Assembly: GCA_902797235.1 (NCBI GenBank)
Contig: CADBSB010000044.1
Coordinates: forward strand, 1 to 40,934
Origin: an uncultured Ruminococcus sp.
GTDB taxonomy: Bacteria > Bacillota > Clostridia > Oscillospirales > CAG-272
Reading direction: 5' to 3'
DNA length: 40,934 nt
Both the position numbers and the translations under genes were made by a program. The notes beneath the pieces were generated by a model that was given only the letters and a program-made list of their open reading frames with translations, had not been told where the DNA came from and did not search any database. Below, one piece after another: positions 1-8,242 of the stretch. Within the stretch, counting starts at the first letter, position 1; each line of letters starts with the position of its first letter.

Positions 1-1099
1 AGTGCGTCAGATCGTCCGACAGCTTTGCGGCGGTGAAGGAGCCGACGCCGTCTTTCATCGACGTCCACTCATGCACGAACACCATCCACATCCGGCCGTC
101 GGGGTCTACGTAAAACGTTCCGTCGATACAATCCCAGTCTGACGGGGTGATGAATCCGTCCGTTATCTCAACAAACGGTCCGTCGGGTGAATCGGATTTC
201 AATATTATACAGCCGCGGTGATTCGTCACGCTGTTCAAGTACGTGGTGAACATATAATATTTGCCGTTATATTTATGCACCTCGGGCGCCCAGTGGCTGC
301 CGCCGTCAGTTTCGGGGTGGGCGATATTCACCTCAATATCGACCTTTTTCCATGCTCCGTCAAGCTTGCCGCTCGTGTTCTTGAACAGCTTCCAGCCCGT
401 GCCGTATGCGTAATAAACGCCGTTTTCAAGCAGGGTGTACGGGTCGCGGAGCTTCTTTTTTATACTGCTCTTTATCAATTTCAGTTCTTTTTCCGTCCCC
501 TTTATATCAAGGTCGTACGGTACGGAAAATCCCTTTTCATCATCGTAATACGTTTCCATAAGATACTCCGCGCAGGTGCGGACGGAGGCGTAAGTCGTCG
601 TCGCTATCAAAAGTTTCCCTTCCCCGTCGGTCTCGCCCGGTATAAGGCGCACGGCGTACTCGCCGTCGTTCAAACCGCCGAGCATTTCCTTTGTCTCTGC
701 GCGTTCTTTTGACGATAAAACGATTTCTTTTTTATTATTTTTTGAGGAATCGGCCGTGCGCGTTTCCGCGCCGGTATGGTTCTTAATTATAGCGGACAGC
801 GTTTCGACCTCCGCGGTAAGCGGTACATCCGCGTTTTTGTCGTAGACTATGACAAAATCGCAGCGCTTGTCGCCTGGCTTGCAGATCACAAGTTCCTTTA
901 CGGGCTCCGGCTCCGTTTCCGCCTCAGTCGTTATCTCTTCCGTTTCCGTTTCCGTATCCGTTGTTTTTTCCGTTACCGTCACAGCTTCGGTCTCCTTATC
1001 CGTATCCGTCGTCTGCTCTTCCGGCTTTGCACATGAGCAGACGGACAGCGCGAATATAACGGCAAGCAATACAGATATAAGTTTTTTCACTTTATTCAT
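1..1099 (-). CDS. Glycoside hydrolase family 43-like secreted/lipoprotein (N-terminus complete, 3' end runs off the window)
   Basis: Absent from the ORF track because it is open at the window edge. Reverse-strand translation starts at ATG 1099..1097 with GAAAGGA about 9 nt upstream. It gives MNKVKKLISVLLAVIFALSVCSCAKPEEQ (signal peptide, lipobox-like SVCSC) and a T/E-rich linker. GH43-type propeller blocks follow: RDPYTLLENGVYYAYGTG, HWAPEVHKYNGKYYMFTT and CIDGTFYVDPDGRMWMVF. The + strand ORFs 218..712, 776..1036 and 849..1136 are antisense shadows of it. Confidence 0.75.
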   Translation of the reverse strand, partial: MNKVKKLISVLLAVIFALSVCSCAKPEEQTTDTDKETEAVTVTEKTTDTETETEEITTEAETEPEPVKELVICKPGDKRCDFVIVYDKNADVPLTAEVETLSAIIKNHTGAETRTADSSKNNKKEIVLSSKERAETKEMLGGLNDGEYAVRLIPGETDGEGKLLIATTTYASVRTCAEYLMETYYDDEKGFSVPYDLDIKGTEKELKLIKSSIKKKLRDPYTLLENGVYYAYGTGWKLFKNTSGKLDGAWKKVDIEVNIAHPETDGGSHWAPEVHKYNGKYYMFTTYLNSVTNHRGCIILKSDSPDGPFVEITDGFITPSDWDCIDGTFYVDPDGRMWMVFVHEWTSMKDGVGSFTAAKLSDDLTH

Positions 1100-1170
1100 T
1101 TCTGTCATTCCTTTCAGATCACTTTTATCATTATAACCGAAATAAAACTATCTGTCAAGACTTATCTGAT

Positions 1171-1200
1171 CTGAATTCTTAATCCTTAATTCTGAATTTT
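1171..1200. repeat. CTKAATT heptad tract (CTGAATT CTTAATC CTTAATT CTGAATT)
   Basis: Four consecutive heptads read directly. The 14-mer CTTAATTCTGAATT (1185..1198) recurs exactly at 19549..19562. CTGAATTCTTAAT recurs at 19556 and 33265. Confidence 0.8.
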
Positions 1201-1202
1201 TA

Positions 1203-1231
1203 TTGACAGAAACGGTTTTATATGATAGAAT
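1203..1231 (+). promoter_or_regulatory. Sigma-A type promoter for nfo
   Basis: TTGACA (1203..1208), 17-nt spacer, TAGAAT (1226..1231) preceded by TGA (extended -10). It lies about 30 nt upstream of the nfo RBS AGAGG. Confidence 0.6.
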
Positions 1232-1262
1232 AATCATAATTAAAGCACAGAGGTGATCTATC

Positions 1263-2093
1263 ATGTTTTATATCGGCTGTCATTTATCATCGTCCGCCGG
1301 GTATCTTGCCATGGGCAGGACTGCGACGGAGCTCGGCGCGAACACGTTTCAGTTCTTTACGCGCAATCCGCGCGGCGGCTCGGTCAAAAAATTCGATCCG
1401 GACGACGCGGCGGCGCTCGTTTCCTATATGAAAGAAAACAATTTCGGAAAAATAGTCGCGCACGCGCCGTATACGCTCAATCCCGCCTCAGCGGAGCAGA
1501 AGACCCGCGAATTTGCGAATATGGTGTTTGCCGACGATATAGATATTTTGGAGCATATCCCGGACAGTCTCTACAATTTCCACCCGGGCAGCCACGTCGG
1601 GCAGGGGGTCGAGATCGGCATAAAATACATACTTGAAATGCTGAACAACAACATGAGACGCGAAATGAAGACGACGATCCTGCTTGAAACGATGGCGGGC
1701 AAGGGCAGCGAGATAGGCGCGACGTTCGAGGAGTTAAAGACGATAATCGACGGCTGTGAATACAAGGAGCATTTGGGCGTGTGCCTCGATACGTGCCATA
1801 TTTCCGACGGCGGCTACGACGTAGGCGACGGGTTTGATAAAACGCTTGAAGAATTTGACAGGATAATAGGGCTTGACCGCCTTTTCGCCGTACATTTGAA
1901 CGACAGCAAAAACCCGAAGGGCGCCCATAAGGACAGGCACGAAAAGATAGGCCAGGGCTTTATAGGCTTGGATAATATCGAAAGAATAATAAACCATCCG
2001 GCGCTGAAAGACCTGCCTTTCGAGCTTGAAACGCCGAACGACAACGACGGTTACGCCGCGGAAATAAAGCTTTTGAGGAGTTTGAGAAAATGA
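1263..2093 (+). CDS. nfo: Endonuclease IV (deoxyribonuclease IV, AP endonuclease family 2)
   Basis: 276 aa. Full-length family pattern: IGCHLS, ANTFQFFTRNPRGG, AHAPYTLNP, FHPGSH, LLETMAGKG, CLDTCH, HLNDSK, DRHEKIGQG. AGAGG RBS 7 nt upstream. Confidence 0.9.
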   Translation: MFYIGCHLSSSAGYLAMGRTATELGANTFQFFTRNPRGGSVKKFDPDDAAALVSYMKENNFGKIVAHAPYTLNPASAEQKTREFANMVFADDIDILEHIPDSLYNFHPGSHVGQGVEIGIKYILEMLNNNMRREMKTTILLETMAGKGSEIGATFEELKTIIDGCEYKEHLGVCLDTCHISDGGYDVGDGFDKTLEEFDRIIGLDRLFAVHLNDSKNPKGAHKDRHEKIGQGFIGLDNIERIINHPALKDLPFELETPNDNDGYAAEIKLLRSLRK

Positions 2094-3250
2094 ATTATAC
2101 AGCCGAAAAATACAACAGATTTAAAATCGAGTATCACAGCGACGCCCCCGCCGTCGGCAGCTTCTATTTCACGTCATGCGGCGAAACGGTAAGAGAACTG
2201 TTTTATCTGCCCGCGGACGAGCACGGCGTTTTCGAGAGCTTTACCGAGGGATTCCTTGAAGGCAAGCTCGCTTACGGTTTATTCGATTTAAGGGTCGAAG
2301 TCCGCGGCGAGGGCGAGGCGGTGATAGACGATATAACCGTGTCGGTCGAAAAAGTGCCTGAGGGCGGCACGTATTTTATAGAAAACGAGATCTTAAAGGT
2401 CGGCGTCGAGCTCGTATGGGGCGGCGGTCTGTCCTACTACGAGGACAAGCGGTGCGGGATAGACGGTCTGACGAATATGTTGAACCACTCTGACACGGGC
2501 AGGCTCGTACAGCAGTCATACTACGGCACGGGCGAGCCGCCTTTCATAAAAGGCGAATTCATGGGTAACCCTTGGGTCTACAACCCCGTACAGGGCGGCG
2601 ACCGCGGAAATAAAAAAAGCAAGCTGATAGACTATAAGGCGGGCGACGGCTTCGTGTGGGTGAAATGCCGTCCGCGCGACTGGGGACATATAGGCCGGTA
2701 CACGTACAGCTATATGGAGAACAAATATACGATAAAGGACGATATACTGACGGTCGACAACAAATTCACGGACTGGTCGGGCTACGAGCATCCCGTTACA
2801 AGCCAGGAGATACCGGCGTTTTATACCGTAAGCTATCTCGATAACTTCTATTTCTACAACGGCGACAAACCGTGGCAGAACGACACGCTCGAGGTGCGAC
2901 GTGACCTTATATTCTGGCCTGAGGACTGGCCGCGTCACAGATTCCCCTTAAAAGAAAACAACACCGAGACGTGGTGCGCCTGGGTGGACGGGGATGATTA
3001 CGGCATAGGCTTATACGTTCCGGCGGCGACGAGATTCATCGCCGGGCGCTACTGTCACGACGGAACGAAGGACCCCGCGGCGGGACCTACGAACTACGTT
3101 GCGCCTTTATACATGCTCCGCCTCATATCGTATAAGCCTATTGAATACAGTTATCTGATAACATCGGGCAGCCTGTCAAATATAAGACAGAGATTTACGG
3201 AAAACAAAGACTTTACGGACAATAAGACCTTTAAAGATTATAACGTATAA
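2090..3250 (+). CDS. Hypothetical cytoplasmic protein, 386 aa, family not recognised
   Basis: Long ORF whose ATG overlaps the nfo stop (ATGA at 2090..2093). No signal peptide. Beta-rich, aromatic-rich composition (NPWVYNPVQGGDRGN, WCAWVDGDDYGIGLYVP). I cannot place it in a named family by eye. Confidence 0.6.
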   Translation: MNYTAEKYNRFKIEYHSDAPAVGSFYFTSCGETVRELFYLPADEHGVFESFTEGFLEGKLAYGLFDLRVEVRGEGEAVIDDITVSVEKVPEGGTYFIENEILKVGVELVWGGGLSYYEDKRCGIDGLTNMLNHSDTGRLVQQSYYGTGEPPFIKGEFMGNPWVYNPVQGGDRGNKKSKLIDYKAGDGFVWVKCRPRDWGHIGRYTYSYMENKYTIKDDILTVDNKFTDWSGYEHPVTSQEIPAFYTVSYLDNFYFYNGDKPWQNDTLEVRRDLIFWPEDWPRHRFPLKENNTETWCAWVDGDDYGIGLYVPAATRFIAGRYCHDGTKDPAAGPTNYVAPLYMLRLISYKPIEYSYLITSGSLSNIRQRFTENKDFTDNKTFKDYNV

Positions 3251-3704
3251 CGGACCATTCCGACACAAGTCTGTCAAGCGAGTACACGGCGTTTGCCGGG
3301 CTTGTGGACGGCAGGCAGATATGCGGTATATCGCAGTTGATATACTTTTCAAAAAGCTTATTCGCCAATTTGCCGTTCAAATACACCGCTTTTATGTCTG
3401 CGGCTTTGAGTATGGGCGCTATATCGTTCGGTATAACGTCCTTAATGCTTGAATCGGAGGAACCCGACACGGTGCAGGAGCCTATGACGTCCCACAGCGC
3501 GATATTGTTATCGAGAAGAAATCTGATCTTTTCTTCTTTTCCGCCGTTCAGGTCTTTTTCTAAAACGCGCGGCAAAACGCGCCAGAAGCGGTTTTGAGGG
3601 TGGCCGTAATAAAATCCGCACATCCTTGACGCCTCCGACGGAAAGCTGCCCAATATCAGTATTTTTGAATTTTCATCATATACGGGATCTATTTCGTGTT
3701 TCAT
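3231..3704 (-). CDS. DNA-deoxyinosine (hypoxanthine) glycosylase, UDG superfamily
   Basis: 157 aa. ILILGSFPSEASR and YYGHPQNRFWRVL motifs typical of hypoxanthine-DNA glycosylase-type UDG proteins. Its 3' end overlaps the convergent ORF 2090..3250 by 20 nt. Confidence 0.75.
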   Translation of the reverse strand: MKHEIDPVYDENSKILILGSFPSEASRMCGFYYGHPQNRFWRVLPRVLEKDLNGGKEEKIRFLLDNNIALWDVIGSCTVSGSSDSSIKDVIPNDIAPILKAADIKAVYLNGKLANKLFEKYINCDIPHICLPSTSPANAVYSLDRLVSEWSVIRYNL

Positions 3705-3738
3705 ATCATTATTTTACATCGGTGAGACGAAAAAGTCA

Positions 3739-5451
3739 ATGAAAAAGCTTTTAAAATACTTAAAAAAATACAGAGCGCAGAGTATTCTGGCGCCGCTTCT
3801 CAAGCTGTGCGAGGTGGCGCTTGAAATAGCCGTGCCTTTTATCGTGTCGTATATGATAGACAACGGCATAGATAAGGGCGACAAGGGCTTTGTCATACGG
3901 TGCTTTCTTTTGCTCATACTTTTCGGTGCGCTCGGCTTCGGCTTTGCGATCGTCGCGCAGTATTTTGCCGCAAAGGCGGCGACCGGCTTTTCGGCGGACT
4001 TACGCGGCGCGCTTTTCAGACACATAGGCAAGCTGTCGTACTCCGACCTCGATAAATTCGGCGCGTCCTCGCTTATAACTAATATGACGAGCGACGTTAC
4101 GCGCATACAAAACGGCGTGAATTTAACGCTGCGGCTGCTTCTGCGCTCGCCCTTCGTCGTTTTCGGCGCGGTCGCCGCGTGCTTTGTCATAAGCGTACAG
4201 CCGGCTCTGAGATTCGCCGCCGCGGTTCCCGTACTGCTCGTTTTCGTGTACGTCATAATGCTTTTCGGTATGAAGCTGTACGGCAAAGTACAGGAAAAGC
4301 TTTCAAAAACCGTCCGCGCCGCAAAGGAAAATCTTGACGGCGTGCGCGTCATACGCGCGTTTGGGATCGAGGAGCGCGAAAAAGCGGAGTTTGACAAAGA
4401 TAACAAGGCGCTTTTAAAGACACAGCTTTCATCCGGCCGCTTATCGGCTCTCTTGAACCCCGTCACGCTCGTCATCGTCAACATCGCCGTCGCCGCGCTT
4501 ATGTATTCGGGCGCCGTAAAGGTGAGCGCCGGGACGCTTACGCAGGGCGAGGTCGTGGCGATGTACAACCTCACCGTCATGGTGCTCGTGGAGCTTATAA
4601 AGCTCGCTGATCTGACGATAAACATAACGAAAGCGCTGTCGAGCGCAAAGCGCGTTTCCGCCGTGCTTGACGCAAAACCGTCGATCGAATACGGCGAAAA
4701 GGGAGCGGACGACAGTGACGTCGCCGTTAAATTTGACGACGTTTCGCTCTCATACGGCGGCGTTGAGGCGCTTTCTCACATTGATCTGGAGCTTAAAAAG
4801 GGTCAAACGCTCGGCATAACGGGCGGCACGGGCTCCGGTAAATCGTCCATATTGTCGCTCATCAGCCGGTTTTACGACGCGGACGGCGGCAAAATAACGC
4901 TTTTCGGGCGCGATATTAAAGAATATTCAGAGGAAAATCTGAGAAAAACCGTCGGAGTTGTGCCGCAAAGGGCGGCGCTTTTCGCGGGCACTCTGCGCGA
5001 AAATCTCAGCTTCGGCGCGGGCGAAATAAACGACGACACGCTTGAAAAAGCGCTTGCCGCCGCGTGCGCGCTCGATTTCGTGCGCGACAAGGGCGGGCTT
5101 GACTGCAAGGTCGAGCAGAACGGGCGCAATTTCTCGGGCGGGCAGAAACAGCGCCTCTGCGTTGCGCGCGCACTTGCGAGAAACCCGAGGATACTCATAC
5201 TTGACGACAGCTCCTCCGCGCTCGACTACGCGACGGATGCGAGGATGAGATCGTCGATCTTCGAGTATTCAAAGGATATGACGGTGATAATCGCCGCGCA
5301 GAGGATATCGAGCGTGCGCAATTCGGACGCGATAGCCGTAGTGGACGACGGAAAGATAGTCGGGTACGGAAAACACGACGAGCTGCTTTCGACCTGCGAT
5401 ATTTATAAGCAGATATACGTGTCACAGAAGGGCGGTGAAGATGATGAATAA
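3739..5451 (+). CDS. ABC exporter permease/ATPase fusion, degenerate-site half of a heterodimer
   Basis: 570 aa with an N-terminal 6-TM domain. Walker A GGTGSGKSS, signature FSGGQ. Walker B is ILILDD followed by S (Asp in place of the catalytic Glu). The switch loop is IIAAQRIS (Gln in place of His). Confidence 0.9.
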   Translation: MKKLLKYLKKYRAQSILAPLLKLCEVALEIAVPFIVSYMIDNGIDKGDKGFVIRCFLLLILFGALGFGFAIVAQYFAAKAATGFSADLRGALFRHIGKLSYSDLDKFGASSLITNMTSDVTRIQNGVNLTLRLLLRSPFVVFGAVAACFVISVQPALRFAAAVPVLLVFVYVIMLFGMKLYGKVQEKLSKTVRAAKENLDGVRVIRAFGIEEREKAEFDKDNKALLKTQLSSGRLSALLNPVTLVIVNIAVAALMYSGAVKVSAGTLTQGEVVAMYNLTVMVLVELIKLADLTINITKALSSAKRVSAVLDAKPSIEYGEKGADDSDVAVKFDDVSLSYGGVEALSHIDLELKKGQTLGITGGTGSGKSSILSLISRFYDADGGKITLFGRDIKEYSEENLRKTVGVVPQRAALFAGTLRENLSFGAGEINDDTLEKALAAACALDFVRDKGGLDCKVEQNGRNFSGGQKQRLCVARALARNPRILILDDSSSALDYATDARMRSSIFEYSKDMTVIIAAQRISSVRNSDAIAVVDDGKIVGYGKHDELLSTCDIYKQIYVSQKGGEDDE

Positions 5452-7186
5452 AGCCCTTTTGAAAAAAATTTTGCAGAGGATCAAAAAGCAGATACCGATC
5501 TTCGCCGTTATAATGGTCTTGTCCGCGTTATTCGCCGGATTGTCGCTTTACATTCCAAAGCTTTTCGGCGGCGCGATAGATCTCTTGACCGGAAGGGACG
5601 GCGTGGACTTCTCCGCTCTTACCGTCATACTTATAAAGATCGCCGTTTTCTCCGCTTCCGCGGCGGTAGTGCAGTATATAATGACGGCGCTTGCAAACCG
5701 CGCGGCATATAAGATCACGGCGGACTTACGCAAAGAAACGTTTGACAAGATCCACACCCTGCCGATGTCTTACCTTGACAGCCATCCGACGGGCGACACG
5801 CTGTCGCGCTTCACAAACGACGCGGAGACGTTCTCGGACGGTCTGCTTCTCGGCTTCACACAGCTTTTCTCCGGCGTATCGCTCATAGTCGGCACGCTTA
5901 TATATATGCTGACGATAAAGCCGTCCGTCACCGCGGTCGTGGTGCTTTTGACGCCGCTTTCGCTTTTCACGGCGCGGCTCATAGCCAAAAAAACGTTCGG
6001 TATGTTCTCAAAGCAAACGTCCGATACGGCGGCGCAGACGGCGTACATAACCGAGACCGTCGGCGAGCAGAAGACCGTGCGAGCGCTCGGCGCGGAGGCT
6101 GAGGCGGCGGCGAAATTCGATAAGTATAACGAAAATTTAAGAAGATCGTCGATGAAAGCGACGTTCTTCTCATCCCTCACAAACCCGTCCACGCGGTTCA
6201 TAAACGCGGTAGTCTACGGCGCGGTGGCGCTGACCGGAGCTCTGTCGGTGATAGCGGGCGGCGGGATGACCGTCGGCGCGCTGGCGAGCTTTTTGGCGTA
6301 CGCAAACAAGTACACAAAGCCGTTCAACGAGATTTCGGGCGTGATAGCCGAGCTTCAGAGCGCGTTTGCGTGCGCGGAGCGTATATTCGGCTTTTTGGAA
6401 CAGAAGGAAGAGGCGCCGGACGGGAAACGCGATAACGAGATAAAATCAAACGACGTTAAAATCGATGATATGTCGTTTTCATACCTGCCCGACAAGCCGC
6501 TTATAAAGCACATGGATTTTGATGCGCGCGAGGGCAAACACACGGCGATAGTGGGACCGACGGGCTGCGGTAAAACGACGCTCATAAATCTGTTGATGCG
6601 TTTCTACGACGTGACGGGCGGAAGCATTTCTGTCGGCGGCGTGGACGTCCGTGATATGAGCCGCCGCGCCCTGCGCTGTCGCTTCGGAATGGTTTTGCAG
6701 GACACGTGGTTACGGTACGGGACGGTAGCTGACAACATAGCGGTATCGAAGCCCGGCGCGAGCCGTGAGGAGATAATCGGGGCGGCGAAAGCCGCGCACG
6801 CGCACGGATTCATAACGAGACTGCCTGACGGGTACGACACGGTCATAGGCGAGGACGGCGGAGGGCTGTCCGCCGGGCAGAAACAGCTTTTATGTATCGC
6901 CCGCGTGATGCTCTGCCGACCCGATATGCTGATACTCGACGAGGCGACATCGTCCATCGACACGGTGACGGAAAAGAAGATACAGGCGGCGTTCGACGCG
7001 CTGACCGAGGGCAGGACGGCTTTCATCGTCGCCCACCGTCTGTCGACGGTACTTAACGCCGACGAGATACTCGTAATGAGGTCGGGCGACATAGTAGAGC
7101 GCGGCACGCACGCAGAGCTTTTGAACAAACGCGGCTTCTATTACGATCTCTACCAAAGCCAGTTCAAGCAAGGGAAACAGATATAA
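5441..7186 (+). CDS. ABC exporter permease/ATPase fusion, consensus-site half of a heterodimer
   Basis: The track starts at GTG 5435. ATG 5441 or 5444 behind GGCGG is equally possible, and all overlap the upstream stop (5449..5451). Walker A GPTGCGKTT, Walker B MLILDE, H-loop VAHRLS, signature LSAGQ. Confidence 0.9.
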   Translation: MMNKALLKKILQRIKKQIPIFAVIMVLSALFAGLSLYIPKLFGGAIDLLTGRDGVDFSALTVILIKIAVFSASAAVVQYIMTALANRAAYKITADLRKETFDKIHTLPMSYLDSHPTGDTLSRFTNDAETFSDGLLLGFTQLFSGVSLIVGTLIYMLTIKPSVTAVVVLLTPLSLFTARLIAKKTFGMFSKQTSDTAAQTAYITETVGEQKTVRALGAEAEAAAKFDKYNENLRRSSMKATFFSSLTNPSTRFINAVVYGAVALTGALSVIAGGGMTVGALASFLAYANKYTKPFNEISGVIAELQSAFACAERIFGFLEQKEEAPDGKRDNEIKSNDVKIDDMSFSYLPDKPLIKHMDFDAREGKHTAIVGPTGCGKTTLINLLMRFYDVTGGSISVGGVDVRDMSRRALRCRFGMVLQDTWLRYGTVADNIAVSKPGASREEIIGAAKAAHAHGFITRLPDGYDTVIGEDGGGLSAGQKQLLCIARVMLCRPDMLILDEATSSIDTVTEKKIQAAFDALTEGRTAFIVAHRLSTVLNADEILVMRSGDIVERGTHAELLNKRGFYYDLYQSQFKQGKQI

Positions 7187-7190
7187 CAAA

Positions 7191-7213
7191 AAGCGACCGA
7201 AAGGCCGCTTTTT
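7191..7213 (+). terminator. Rho-independent terminator after the ABC operon
   Basis: AAGCGACC-GAAA-GGCCGCTT stem (one A/C mismatch, GAAA loop) followed by TTTTT, 5 nt after the stop codon. Confidence 0.65.
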
Positions 7214-7238
7214 AATCTGAAATTTTGATTGATACACA

Positions 7239-7412
7239 CGTAGGGGTGGGGCTTGCTCCCGCCGCAAAAGCCCCGATTGTTCGGGGGGATGGCGGGGTTT
7301 GGGGTGGATAGGGGGGAGGGGAACCCCAAAGGAGCCGCAAATTGCGGCGCACAATTCGTCGGCTCAGCCGACGCCTATTGACTGCCTTCCCCTGTTGGGG
7401 AAGGTGGCAGCT
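7239..7412 (+). repeat. GC-rich hairpin-dense intergenic element, copy A
   Basis: Shares CGTAGGGGT at its start with 19266. 7270..7307 matches 19305..19343 apart from one hairpin loop and one G. 7318..7363 matches 19441..19486 (45/46 nt). Contains hairpins CCCCGA-TTGT-TCGGGG, GCCGCA-AAT-TGCGGC, GTCGGC-TCA-GCCGAC and CCTTCCCC-TGTT-GGGGAAGG. Confidence 0.85.
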
Positions 7413-7732
7413 CAATTCTTTTTTTCGTGGAACAGTATCTCATCCGGTATATCTAATAAGCCTGATTTATACGTAACTTTAAACAAGCAGAATGATAGCC
7501 GTGATTTTTTTCATTTTCTTCTCCTTATATAATCAAATCATTACCTTTTGGTATGCCTTCATATATATAAGACGCTTTTTTTGTCTGAAAAGCTTCACCA
7601 TAATGCAACTATTTACAAAAAATTCAAATGAATAAAGTCCTTACAAACTTTTTTCACTATATCCGATTATATCAAATCAAATCTGTTTTGTCAACCTTAT
7701 ATACGGAATATATTATATAAGGGGGGTATATT

Positions 7733-8242
7733 ATGGATATTGAAAATATTAAAGAGGTATCTGACAAAACAAAAGACGGCGTAAGGCGCCGCGTAATAAT
7801 GAATTACCCGCGCGCTGTTGACGGCAAAGCCGCGGATAAGATAAATAAATTCATATCGGATATTATAAAGCGGTACAAAAAAAGCGCGGAGAACGCGCCT
7901 TTATGTACTTATAACAAACTTACGTATAAGATTTTTTCATTCGATCCGCTGTCCGTTTGCTTTGAGGCGGAACGCTACGGGCAAAAGTATAAATATGTTG
8001 TTTTTTCCGTGACGTTTTCGCCCGACGGCCGCGCCGTGCCGTTTTTACCCGATAAAAAAGAGATAAAAGCGATTAAGAAGCGGTTTTTATCGCAGGGGGT
8101 TAAAATATCGTATAGATCCATACGGTATTCGTATTATATAAAAGACGGTAAGACCGTTATTTATCAAAAGCGGAAAAACACGAAAAGAGACATTATAAAA
8201 ATCATCTCTGAAGCTTCTGCATACGGACGTCTTTGCCCGTGA
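7733..8242 (+). CDS. Hypothetical protein, 169 aa (possible DUF4163-like N-terminus)
   Basis: AAGGGGGG RBS 8 nt upstream of the ATG, in an AT-rich stretch. NYPRAVDGKAADKINKFISDII loosely resembles the YP..g....a..iN..i motif of DUF4163/DUF3298 proteins. Its 3' end overlaps the convergent dnaI-like gene by 41 nt. Confidence 0.5.
   Translation: MDIENIKEVSDKTKDGVRRRVIMNYPRAVDGKAADKINKFISDIIKRYKKSAENAPLCTYNKLTYKIFSFDPLSVCFEAERYGQKYKYVVFSVTFSPDGRAVPFLPDKKEIKAIKKRFLSQGVKISYRSIRYSYYIKDGKTVIYQKRKNTKRDIIKIISEASAYGRLCP

Noticed and set aside
218-1136. Plus-strand ORFs 218..712, 776..1036 and 849..1136
   Set aside because: They lie antisense to a much better minus-strand GH43-like reading frame (1..1099). 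They have low-complexity or odd composition and no RBS.
3714-4625. 303-aa minus-strand ORF, and similar long antisense ORFs (6604..7128, 6890..7354, 11017..11697, 16918..17502, 25921..26376, 34382..34996, 32356..32757)
   Set aside because: All are fully embedded antisense in genes with clear family motifs. They are Ser/Arg/Ala-rich shadow frames typical of GC-biased third positions.
7479-7514. 11-codon minus-strand ORF MKKITAIILLV with a strong AAGGAGAAG RBS
   Set aside because: It is too short to call. It may be the stub of a decayed secreted-protein gene or pure chance. It is mentioned under the AT-rich patch finding only.
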